Of a DNA stretch of 32,000 nt, positions 11,087 to 21,663 are shown one piece after another (positions within the stretch are counted from its first letter, which is position 1; every line of letters starts with the position of its first letter). Position numbers and translations under genes: made by a program. This DNA comes from Candidatus Saccharimonadota bacterium (lineage in GTDB: Bacteria; Patescibacteriota; Gracilibacteria; BD1-5; UBA2023), in contig JAXLZO010000001.1 of the NCBI GenBank assembly GCA_046350815.1, forward strand, positions 960,001-992,000, given 5' to 3'. Below the pieces are notes generated by a model. That model did no database searches, was not told the origin of the DNA, and saw only the letters and a list, made by a program, of their open reading frames with translations.

Positions 11087-13107
11087 ATCAATGGAAACTG
11101 TGAGGTTAAGCTTTCCACCTGTTCCTTGTCACCAAAAACCAGTATTCCAAGATGCTCGATCTGATCGTAGGATTTTAGAAGAGTTTGGGACTCTACTTTT
11201 TTGTCATTCGATGTTTCTAACATCTCACGAGTAAATTCAGATATATCAAGATTGAGAGATTTTGCCTCTTGTATAAGGGACTTGAGATGAGCATCACCAC
11301 CTGCTGATCGAACCATGATCGCATGTTGAATGTTGAGATGGATTTTCTCTCCATCTTCGGTTTGGATATGATTTTTATAAAAGAGCTCACTTCCCTTTCG
11401 AGCACCAAATGCAGATGAGAGATGTCCTACTGCATTGAGCTTTTGCCAAGATTCAAGATTAGCTCATTCATTCAAGATGATCGTTGCAACGAGGAGTTTT
11501 TGTTTCTTGTCACTCTTCTGAGTCTCACCAAGTTCTCTTGGGCGCATCATTGGGAAGAGAGTAACATCTCGAAGATTATTTTGTTGCGTAAGGAAAGCAA
11601 TAAATCTGTCCACACCCATTCCCCAACCACTAATTGGCGGCATGCCGTATTCCATAGCACGTACGAATTCTGCATCACCGGTCATTGCTTCTTCATCCCC
11701 TTCTGCATTTGCCTGCTCTTGCTCGATAAAACGCTCTGCTTGATCAATAGGATCTACTAGCTCACTGTAAGAATTGATAAGCTCCCAACCATTGATAACC
11801 ACCTGAAACGCATCAGCATGATGAGATCGCTCATCATTACGTCGAGCAAATGGTTTGAGTTGGATGGGATAATTGTAGAGAAAGGTTGGATGAATAATCT
11901 TCGGTCGAGATTGTTTTTTGTAGAGATAGTCAATAAGAGTAGTAAGTCACATCTCATCCATACCATCAATTTCAATACCCTTGGCCTTGATATCACTACG
12001 AAGCTTCTCTACATCTGTGTATTCTCCCACATCAATTCATGTATCTTTTTTCACCATTTCAATGTAGTCAATTCTTGCCCATGGAGTCGTAAAATCTACA
12101 TCAACGAGTTCTCCTTGCTTGTTGAGAATCTGACGTTTTCGGTCAAGTCAAAGAGTATCAAAAATATAATCAAACAACTCTTCAGTAAATCGGATATTAT
12201 CCTCGAATGTCCAATAAGAGACATTGTGCTCAAGATGAGTATGTTCAGGAAGATGAGATGGATCTTGACCTTCATTACGAAATGCCTTTCCAAGCTCAAA
12301 AATCCTCTCCATTCCTGCAATATTCATCAACTTAAGAGGGATCTCATGTGATATGCGAAGAAATACATCGAGATCCATGGAATGGTTATGAGTAACATAT
12401 GGTCGTGATGCTGCACCGGTAGCAGCATTGGTGAGCACTTGTCCCTCGATCTCACGAAAGTTATTTTTCCAATAAAACTCACGAATTGCTTTGATTACAT
12501 CCGATCGAAGATGAAATCGCTTCATGGCATCTGCATCAGTAATCAGATCAAGATGTCTCTCTCGGTACTTTGATTCTTCATCAGCGAGTCCATGAAATTT
12601 CTCCGGCAATGGGCGAAGTGCTTTTCAGAGAAATTGGAACTCTGAAACGTAGAGAGTCAGCTCTCATTTATGAGTTCGAAACATCTCACCTCGTACTCAG
12701 ACAAAATCACCAAGATCAAGACATTTTTCAAAGATCTTAAACGCAGTAATTTCCTCTCAATTTTCCATGAGAGATTCTTGCGTTCCATTATCCGTTATGA
12801 TTCTACATCCATTCTTGGATATCATGCATTGAAGATGACTACTTTCATCTTGGAGATGAAAGAAGAGGATCTTGCCAAAACTTCGAGAGAGAACAATACG
12901 ACCAGCCGTACTGACGAGTTCTTTTGGAGATACTATAACCTCTTCAATATCTCGAAATATTGATTCATCATACGAAATATGAGCAAGTTGTTCTGTTTTA
13001 GGGAAAGTACCTGGATACGTGGAGATTCAGAGATTTTTGAGACGTTCTAATTTCGCATAACGATCTCGGAGAATCTGACTAGAAGGAAGATCATGGATGA
13101 AAGACAT
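11080..13107 (-). CDS. lysS: lysine--tRNA ligase (class II) with fused C-terminal DUF2000-like domain
   Basis: OB-fold N-terminus, then class II core (FRNEGQDPSHLPEHTHLE, GWELINSYSELVDP, GWGMGVDR). The frame continues through TGA 11464-11466 into about 127 more codons ending TAA 11080-11082. Confidence 0.85.
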
Positions 13108-13115
13108 AAGTGTAT

Positions 13116-14570
13116 TTATTCGTGAATATGAGATGAAACATGATTCTTTTTGAGAAAAAGATATCAGTTAACTATAGTATAAAAAAGAAGTCCAGAGAGA
13201 AGAATCCAATCAAGAAATACAAAGAAATAAACTATACTATAATATGCAAATGGAAACTGATCCAGTTTCGTTTTTGGATGCAGAGTTCCAACACGTTGAT
13301 GATCGATAATCGGACTTATTTGCATAAACAATTCTTTATTGACACTTTCTTTTTGTGGTTCATACTTCTGAAAAAGCTCAAGAACTTTTGGGTGTAATTC
13401 TCGATCAAAGGAAGTACCACTAAAGGCATCAGCTATAAGGTATGATCCAAGAATATCTTGATCCGTTATTTGATCTTGGGATCCAGATTGAGTATCGTTA
13501 ACAGATCATTGGTGGGAGTCTCGTAGCTCCTGACTTATGATACTATAAGAATGATAGGATATGGAATTATTTGACAGAAAATCCAAACATGAAGTAAGAA
13601 GTACTAATCCAATCCAAAAAGGAATGATAATGAGAAATACTTTTTTTCTCTGACCGAGAGAGAGATCATAGCTTCTTTGAAATACACCGAACCAAGTGGA
13701 TAGTGGTTTCTCGATATTACGAGCAAACAAAACCATCGCCCATATATAACTCAGAAAGAGAGAAAGGAGAAGATATGATAGTCATAATATTATCACAGTA
13801 GAAGGAATCTCACCAAGATTGATAAGAAATAATTGATTATTGATGACAATATTAACGAGTGCAATATCCGAAAAACCAAGAGCAGCAATCAGAAATGATA
13901 GTAAAAGGAGTGAAACATAGCTGAAGTATACCATCCACAGAGTACGTTTTGAATACCTCATGATATGAAAAGCAAAGCTATACCATATACCCATAAGCAT
14001 CATAGCGCCCACGATAGCCAATAGAGCTGACAAAAAATCAAGAGACTCTCCGGAAATACCAAGAACAACAAGAGATGTTGAGAATATAGCAAGAACCGTA
14101 TATGCTGCTATTCCTAGGATACTCACCACGATAAATCGTCACAATGCCTTATGGAGCGTCCAATCAGTCAAATACTTGCGACAAACAAATATATGTCTCT
14201 GCTTTTGTGCATAAGAGAGGCATGCTCGAACGAGTAAAAAACTCGAAAAAATAAAGAGATAAAGCGAGACGATTCAAAGAAATACGATAAAGAGCGCATA
14301 GAATGAAGCAGCAATTGGATGACGAGATACAAACTCAATAATTCATCCGATAGAACCACCAGTAGAGCCCGTCAACCAAATGATAAGAAGAATGTTAATA
14401 GTGAAAACGAATACTAAAGGTACCATCCAAATAGCTAAAATACGCAATCTTGTAATCGTCCAAGAAAGAAAAAACCGACGAAATAAATGGAAGAAGGATT
14501 GTAGCACCACTCCATGTTCGCTGAAAGTATGCTGTACAAATTGGAAGAATCGAGAGTTCATATGATTCAT
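13116..14570 (-). CDS. hypothetical polytopic membrane protein
   Basis: Pieces 14343..14588, 13782..14129 and 13506..13736 and a tail to 13116 share one frame joined by TGA. There are many TM segments. The first ATG is at 14570 (TTG at 14588 is possible). Stop TAA 13116-13118, 8 nt before the lysS start. Confidence 0.55.
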
Positions 14571-14597
14571 GGAAAAGGAGGAAAACAAGGAGAAAAT

Positions 14598-15164
14598 TTA
14601 TTCAATGGGTAATCAATGGTTCAAATCAAACCATCATACTATTTTTACATAATATTCTGATAATCATGAGGAAAAAGGGAGATTTCCCTTCGCGGACGAG
14701 CAACGATTATAATCTCATCGGTAGACATCAGCTAAATGATCAATATTTCCAGAAGAATCTACTATTTGGCGTGATATTTCTATATATCTTTCGTTGGATC
14801 CAGATGCGCTTGTGGCAAGAGTACTATTAATCTTCATAAGACCATGATGTTCTCAAAGAAGATCATTGAGTGTTACAATCGTTGAGTGATGCGTTCATTT
14901 GAGAAAGTTATCCAATTGTTGTGCTCATACTATGTTTGCGATATTGGTATATGAAATATTTTCAATCGTATTCATCAAGAGTGCTGCTCACTCGAGCTCA
15001 TCATGATATCATTTTATGAGGGCATTATATGATGCAACTTGGGATGAACAAGCAACATAGACCGACTGGCCATACCAACCAACTATGAGAATAAGAACGA
15101 CCAGGAGAGATGATATCCAGAGGAGAGCTTTGCTTATGCCGAGAGAATATCCATCAATATACAT
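14598..15164 (-). CDS. LemA-like protein (weak)
   Basis: 188 codons with 7 in-frame TGA. One N-terminal TM (LLWISSLLVVLILIVGW), then a helical region with YNALIKGYHDELEGA and C-terminal DYNRCSSAKGNLPFSSG, which is reminiscent of LemA. Confidence 0.4.
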
Positions 15165-15181
15165 ATATTTTCGTGAGAAAG

Positions 15182-17830
15182 TTATTTTGTTTTTTTCAGC
15201 AATTCTTCGAGTTTTTGTAGCTGCTCAAGTGCTTCACGTTTTTTATTTTGCTCTGATCGTACAAGATTTTCTGGAGCATTTTTTACAAAACTTTCGTTAA
15301 GAAGCTTAGTATCAATACGACGAAGATAATCCTTTTTATCTTCGATTTCTTTTTGAATACGCTCAACTTCACCAGCGACCGTTATAGCAGTATGACCTTC
15401 AACATTGACGAATATATCAATCTCCTTAACAACGCCGTAGATCCAATACTGATCAGCCTCCATATCACTACGATATTCCAGTGATGCACTTTTTGAAAGA
15501 CCCAAAACGATAGCCTTATTGCGATCGAGAATATCTCTGTATTTTTTTGGTGCACAAATAATCAAAGGGAGAGTGGACGATGGTTTAATTTGTTTATCTG
15601 ATCGTATAGAGCGGATCGCCTTGATCACACTATGAACAACTACTAGATCACTCTCATCAATTTTAAGACGTTCTATGATCACCTCAGGGAATTCCGAAAG
15701 CATGAGATATCACTCACTCGAGATATGAGACCAGAGCTCTTCGGTCACCATCGGAACATATGGATGCAGAAGTTTGAGAAGTGTCTTGATCGCATAGGAG
15801 AGTACTCTCTCACCACTATGATTTCCATCTTTCGTGAGTTTGTATTCTTCGAGATAGATATCAGCAAATTCATCTCGAACAAATGTTATGAGACTTCCGA
15901 TCGTATCAGATACCATCATATCTTCGAATGATTTTCGACTCTCACCGATGAGCGTATTGAGCTTTGAGAGGAGTGCTCGCTCATTCGTTGCTAATTCATC
16001 CTTATGTTCTTGGACATATACCACATCATCAGAGTACGATGTGGCACTCATACCGATCTGCCCATGAACAAATCGCACAATATTCCAGAGTTTATTGAGA
16101 AAAAGCGAATGATTCTCTACGAGCTTGATCGAGAAGTTCATATTATTCCCTGGTGTATTCCCCGAGAGGAGTGCTAAACGTAGAGCATCAGCAGAATACT
16201 CTTGGATTATTGTAATTGGATCAATACCATTTCACTTTGATTTACTCATCTTTTGCCCGTGTTCATCGAGTACGAGTCCATGAAAATAAATTTGTTTGAA
16301 CGGAGTCTGTCCAGTGAGTTCATAACCCATCAGCAACATTCGAATCACCCAAAAGAAGATAATATCATATCCTGTCTCGAGGACTTGAGCTGGATAGAAC
16401 TTCTTAAAAAGCTCACCTTCATTCTCGAGCGTCCAATCCAGCACTCACATAGGCCAAAGACCCGATGAGAACCATGTATCGAGAACATCTTCATCACGAA
16501 CAATTTTTCGATCTGGGTATTTGTCCTGAATCGTCTTGACATCTTGCGTGACACCGAGGAGCTCCCCAGTCTCACTGTCATAGTAGGCAGGAATCTGATG
16601 TCACCACCAGAGTTGACGAGAAATACACCAATCATGGAGATTATAGATCCAATCTTCAAATGTTTTATTAAATCGTTTTGGCACGATCTCAAACTCCTTC
16701 TTCTTATACCCGTGGATAACTTTCTTTGCCATCACACTCGCTTTCACAAACCACTGTGTCGTGACAACTGTCTCAATACGAGCGCCAGTCCTCTCAGAAT
16801 ACGCAACACGTTGTTTGTGAGGTTCAATCTTGATCAGATTTCCTTTTGCCTTCAGGAGTTCTACAATATTCTCACGAGCTGTGAGAACATCCTGACCTGC
16901 AAATATTCCAGAACCCTTGGTCATCACACCTTTCTTATCGATCACGGACATATCCAGTCTGAGTCCATGACGTTTACCACATTCAAAATCAGCGGGATCA
17001 TGCGCAGGAGTAATCTTGACAACACCTGTCCCAAATTCACGATCGACCATCTCATCACCAATAATCGGGATCTCTTTGTTAAGAATTGGGAGAATCACCT
17101 TCTTGCCGATGAGTTTCTTGAATCGTCTATCCTTTGGATGTACCGCGACTGCTTGGTCAGCAAGGAGTGTCTCTGGGCGAGTCGTCGCGACGATAAATTC
17201 ATTGTCCGAGCCAGCAACAAAATACGCAATATAGTACATATTTCCCATCTCTTCTCGGTATTCTACTTCTTCATCTGATACAACGGATTCAAGAGTTGGG
17301 TCATAATTCACCATATATTCACCACGATAGATGAGTCCTCGGTTGTAGAGTTCCACGAAAACTGATTCGACTAATTCATTCATCTGAGGCTCAAGAGTAA
17401 ATTTCTCATGATCCCACGAGAGAGATGCTCCCATCTGACGAATTTGCTTCTGTATCGTTCCAGCAGATTGTTCCTTCCACTTGTATGCCTCTTCGAGAAA
17501 TGCAGCCCGCCCCATCTGTTGGCGGTTCTTTCCTTCTTTGGCAAGCTTCTTCTCGACTACTACTTGTGTTGAGATACCAGCGTGATCAGTACCAGGGATC
17601 CAAAGCGTCTCATCGCCAATCATTCGATGGTATCGTGCAAATACATCCTCAATCGCACACATAAAAGAATGTCCAAGGTGTAGAACTCAGGTTACATTCG
17701 GTGGTGGAAGAGGTATAGAGTAGGTTTTCCCGGTTTTCCCAGGCTTCGGAGTAAAACATCCGTTCGCTTCCCAATCAGCATAAATACGAGATTCAAAATC
17801 TTTTGGAGAGTACTGTTTCGGAAAATCCAT
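15182..17830 (-). CDS. valS: valine--tRNA ligase
   Basis: Five ORF-track pieces share one frame. Motifs: PPPNVT-G(TGA 17687-17689)-VLHLGH (HIGH), SRQLWW-G(TGA 16601-16603)-HQIP, KMSKSK-G(TGA 16232-16234)-NGIDP, and a C-terminal coiled coil. 882 codons; stop TAA 15182-15184. Confidence 0.93.
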
Positions 17831-17920
17831 ACAAGAAAGAAAGATATGATGAAACGATTGTATGAAAAAAGAAGAATTTGAGAAGAGGAAAGCAAGTTGA
17901 ATAACAAATATTTGATTATT
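17831..17920 (+). repeat. 90-bp direct repeat, copy 1 (shared upstream module)
   Basis: Colinear with 18361..18450, 81/90 identical with no indels. It begins immediately after the valS start codon on the opposite strand. Confidence 0.85.
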
Positions 17921-17970
17921 CAATAAAGATATGCTAACTTATGAGCTAATTCAATGATTTATATATTTCT

Positions 17971-18339
17971 ATGATTTTACATAAAGCCAATGAGATCATA
18001 ACATTAACAATGGTTATACTATCCTACATCGCTGGAAATTATTACTTATCTGATGACTTTTCAAAGGAATATAACTTTATTATATGGGCTATATTTGCTA
18101 TAACCTATCCTTTTGTTCTTGTTAAGATGATATATACATCATGAGGTGAAAGATTTATTTATCTACAGATTTTTCTTGCTATGTGATGGCCAACCCTAAT
18201 GCTAATTTGAGGTCGTAACGATAATTATCTACTACTAGCGTATCTCATGTTTATTCCACTTATTGAAATATTTGCACTGATTATACTTTCATTAAACTAC
18301 TTCTTCTCCAGCAAAAGAAGAGCTACTGGTTCAAAATAG
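17971..18339 (+). CDS. small hypothetical membrane protein (122 aa)
   Basis: ATG 17971 to TAG 18337-18339 with 3 in-frame TGA. Hydrophobic throughout. Preceded by repeat copy 1. Confidence 0.45.
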
Positions 18340-18360
18340 AAACATTCTTGCCTTTTCTTA

Positions 18361-18450
18361 ACAAGAAAGAAAAATATGATGAAGCGATTGTGTGAAAAAA
18401 GAGAAATTTGAGAAGAGGAAAGCAAGTTGAATGATAAATATTTGATAATT
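18361..18450 (+). repeat. 90-bp direct repeat, copy 2
   Basis: See copy 1; it lies in the same position relative to the downstream gene. Confidence 0.85.
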
Positions 18451-18496
18451 TCTAAAAAATAGAGTAGACTAGTAAAGAATTACTCATTTTCTTTTT

Positions 18497-19042
18497 ATGA
18501 CACTTGCAATCATTAGTCAATTTTATGATAAGTTTCTATCGCTTAAAAATGAACCGAGAATAAATCAAACAACTTTTTTTCTCAGAATTCTGACTGTATT
18601 TTTTCCATTATATATTGCCTCATTTTTGTTCTGGGGTTTTATGCTTTATGATCTTTCTCCTGTTATATACTTCTGATTAACTGTAGTAACAACTCAACCA
18701 TTAGCCTTCATTCAAATAATAAAAAGATCACACGATTCAATACTCAATTTTATTTTAATATATTTTTGTTTTTTGCATCAAGTAAGCATCTCTTTTATAG
18801 GAATATGGATGATTTATACTACCTCTGGTGATTCATTTGCTGATGCACTGTTTCTCTGAATAATATATCCAATTAGTCAGCTAATGATCTATAGTATAGT
18901 TACTATCATACCAAGTGAAAAGAAAAGTAACAAATATGGACCTTATAAAAAATCAAACAAATGGGTAATATTATGAATAGTTACTTCTTTCATATCTATA
19001 GGTATAGGTATGTGAATTTATTTATATTTAACAAATTTATAG
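18497..19042 (+). CDS. hypothetical membrane protein (181 aa)
   Basis: ATG 18497 to TAG 19040-19042 with 4 in-frame TGA. Multiple TM segments. Preceded by repeat copy 2. Confidence 0.45.
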
Positions 19043-19087
19043 ACACATACTAAAACTTGTCTTTTCCTATTTTTCACTATAATCACA

Positions 19088-19127
19088 CGGACTTTTTTGA
19101 CGGAATATGTCGATGAGTCCGTTTTTT
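19088..19127 (+). terminator. terminator-like hairpin upstream of rpsB
   Basis: CGGACT...AGTCCG stem (19088-19093 / 19116-19121) followed by TTTTTT. The loop is large, so this is tentative. Confidence 0.35.
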
Positions 19128-19250
19128 GTGTGAATACTTCTCTTTCCTGCTGACCCTCGTAGTGCGTAGATACAACATACAAACCATCGAGAAAGAATAC
19201 AGAGATGAACACAGGAGACGAAAAAGGATTATTTTTTTATTATCATTGTT

Positions 19251-20093
19251 ATGGCGAGCCAACTCGTTCAAAGCATGCTCGATAATGCCGTACATATCGG
19301 TAGCCGAGCAAAATACTGGTCTCCTAAGATGCGCGATAGCCTCTATGGAGTCCAAAATGGAGTTCATGTATTTGATCTCTCTATCACTGCAAAACATCTC
19401 GAGTCAGTCAAGGCTGCACTTCAAGATCTTTCATCAAAAGGTAAATCAATCCTCATTGTCGGTACAAAGATGCAGGCTCGAGAGATTGTTCGTGAAATTG
19501 GCGAATCAACTGGTGCTTTCTATGTAAATAGCAAGTGGGTTCCAGGACTTCTTACCAACTTCCCAACTCTCAAGAAGCGTATTGCTACCTACAACGAATA
19601 CGAAAAAGCAATCCTCTCAGGTGGATTCGAAGGACTCACCAAGAAAGAAAATGCAATGCGAATGAAGGAGCTTGAGAAGCTTCACAAGGCATATGCAGGT
19701 ATCAAAGAAATGAAGAGAACTCCAGATGCAATACTCGTTGTTGACGGTCATTTTGAATCACTCGCTCTCAGCGAAGCACGCAAGCTTGGTATCCCAACTT
19801 TTGCACTTCTCGGGTCAACTGGTGATATCGATATGACAACAGACTACGTTCCTATGAATGTAAACTCACTCAAACCACTCAAGTTCGTACTTGAATTTCT
19901 CGCACCAGCTCTCAAGAGAGTTGCTCGAGAAACAACATCAGCTCCATCAGATCGTATGGGCCAAGTAACTCAACGTCGAGGAGATCGTAACAACGATCGT
20001 CGTTCAACTGGTCGTCTTCCTCGTCGTGAAACAACAGAAGCAACTGCTGTAGCTGCAGAGGTAGCTCCAACAGAAGCTCCAGCAGCAGAATAG
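19251..20093 (+). CDS. rpsB: 30S ribosomal protein S2
   Basis: Uninterrupted 280-aa ORF (LLDNAVHIGSRAKYWSPKM..., VDGHFESLALSEARKLGIP). Has a basic/Ala-rich C-terminal tail. Stop is TAG followed by TAA. Confidence 0.95.
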   Translation: MASQLVQSMLDNAVHIGSRAKYWSPKMRDSLYGVQNGVHVFDLSITAKHLESVKAALQDLSSKGKSILIVGTKMQAREIVREIGESTGAFYVNSKWVPGLLTNFPTLKKRIATYNEYEKAILSGGFEGLTKKENAMRMKELEKLHKAYAGIKEMKRTPDAILVVDGHFESLALSEARKLGIPTFALLGSTGDIDMTTDYVPMNVNSLKPLKFVLEFLAPALKRVARETTSAPSDRMGQVTQRRGDRNNDRRSTGRLPRRETTEATAVAAEVAPTEAPAAE

Positions 20094-20106
20094 TAAATTC
20101 ACTCCT

Positions 20107-20505
20107 ATGAATCCAGAGAATCAAAACGATGAGAAAGCAAAAGACCCCCTCGCAAATATAGCTCACACTTCAGCAACCGCTGAGGGAGTAACCCAAGAGG
20201 AAAAACTCGTAGCAGCTCTCTGCTACGTGCCTTTTGGGGCATTCTCTAAGGCAATGCTTGCTGTCGAGAATAAAGATTCAAAATTCGTCGATTTTCATTT
20301 TCGACGTTGAACTTTTACTATCATAGCTTTTCTTGTACTTGCTATGATTATAGGTGCGATTGGGATCAAATTGTTATCGATGCCTTTCCATCTTGGTGGA
20401 ATAGGTTTTCTGGGGTACTGTGGATGGCAAGCATACAATGGAAATTATTTTGAATTCACATTTGTACGCAATGCTATGAATACTCTTGTTAATTTTCTCA
20501 AATAA
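20107..20505 (+). CDS. DUF4870-like small membrane protein
   Basis: EEKLVAALCYVPFG...SKFVDFHFRR-G(TGA)-TFTIIAFLVL, followed by two TM segments. Stop TAA 20503-20505. Confidence 0.55.
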
Positions 20506-20510
20506 AAACT

Positions 20511-21296
20511 ATGGTTACCGCACAACAAGTCAAAGAACTCCGTGAGCGAACTTGAGTTGGTATGTCCGACTGTAAGAATGCTCTCGTTGAGGCAAACGGA
20601 GATATGGATCAAGCGATCGATATCCTCAGAAAAAAGGGTCTCGCAAAGGCAGCAAAGCGTGCTGGAAACGAGACAACAGAAGGGAAAATCAAGATTGTTA
20701 TCGATGGATCATCAGCATATGTTGCTGTTGTATCTTGTGAGACTGACTTCGTATCTCGTAGTGAGGCATACGAAGAGATGCTCAGTAAATTTATCGAGAT
20801 TCGTAAGTCTGCTGCGTCAGACGAGGCAGCGATCGTCGTTGCTGAGGAACTCAAGGCATCAGAATATACACTCAAGGTTGGTGAGAATCTTGTTATCAAG
20901 ACTCTTACAAAAATCGATGGCGCAATCCTCGCTTCATATGTTCATTCCAACTTCAAACAGGCAGCTCTTGTAATTGGAAATGACGCTGCAAATGCAGATA
21001 TTCTCAAGCAAGTAGCTATGCATATTGTTGCAGCATCTCCAGAATTCCTCTCTCCATCTGATGTGAGTAGCGAAGTTCTTGCAAAGGAAAAAGAGATCGC
21101 TCTCGCTCAGATGCAAGAAGACCCGAAGAATGCTGGAAAACCTCAAGATATTCTTGAAAAGATTATTGACGGAAAGATGAAGAAGTTTGCTGAAGAGAAT
21201 GCTCTCCTCACACAACCATTCGTTATCAATCCAGATCAAAAAGTTCAAGATATCGCAGGAAATACTATTACTGCATTCTACAAGTTTGCGATTTAG
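20511..21296 (+). CDS. tsf: translation elongation factor Ts
   Basis: MVTAQQVKELRERT-G(TGA 20553-20555)-VGMSDCKNALVEANGDMDQAIDILRKKG is the UBA-like EF-Ts N-terminus. Canonical rpsB-tsf neighbourhood. Stop TAG. Confidence 0.92.
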
Positions 21297-21312
21297 TTCG
21301 ATATCTCAATAT

Positions 21313-21340
21313 AAAACCCTCACAGTTCTGTGAGGGTTTT
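21313..21340. terminator. bidirectional intrinsic terminator
   Basis: AAAACCCTCACA-GTTC-TGTGAGGGTTTT lies between convergent tsf and the TfoX-like gene. Confidence 0.75.
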
Positions 21341-21344
21341 ATAT

Positions 21345-21647
21345 TTATCTTGCCAAACTCTCGAGAGTAAGAGTAACTATCTCTGCGAGTTTTTCTCGAT
21401 CTTCAAGCCAATCTACATTCACAGGAGCAGTATTTTTACTTCATGGATATGCTTTTGTAACCTGATCTTCAAAGAGATGGATCGTGTCTGAAGTTGTCTT
21501 GAGGAAGAGTGTATTGTCACAGACGAGTCAAAATATCTTTCATTGACTGTACACACAATATTCCCCCATCATACGTCGGAAAGTGATGTCAGGCACCATC
21601 GATAGACAATCTTCGAGAACACGGAGGGTATCGGGAGAGGTAGACAT
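21345..21647 (-). CDS. TfoX N-terminal domain-like protein
   Basis: 100 aa: ...FRRMMGEYCVYSQGKIFGLVCDNTLFLKTT... matches the TfoX_N pattern (MFGxxxxYxxGKxFxxxxDxxLYLK). 3 in-frame TGA; stop TAA. Confidence 0.6.
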
Positions 21648-21663
21648 TGTATATCGTATAAAT

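Noticed and set aside
16544-17278. Long plus-strand ORF (244 aa), together with similar ORFs at 11818..12351, 5701..6096, 20542..20973 and 27049..27252.
   Set aside because: They are antisense or alternative frames of strongly supported genes (valS, lysS, hrcA, tsf, paralogue A). They have low-complexity or odd composition and no recognisable motifs, so they are shadow ORFs.
15182-17923. valS appears as five separate ORFs. ftsK, murA, lysS, secF and the ABC exporter are similarly split, which suggests mass pseudogenisation or poor assembly.
   Set aside because: All pieces of each gene lie in one frame, and every break is a TGA sitting on a conserved glycine. No TAA/TAG interruptions or frameshifts occur, so this is codon reassignment rather than decay.
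17831-17970. A T-box or other riboswitch leader for valS, and likewise for lysS.
   Set aside because: lysS starts 8 nt after the preceding gene. The valS upstream region shows no specifier-loop or T-box (AGGGUGGNACCGCG-like) sequence and is too short for a T-box leader.
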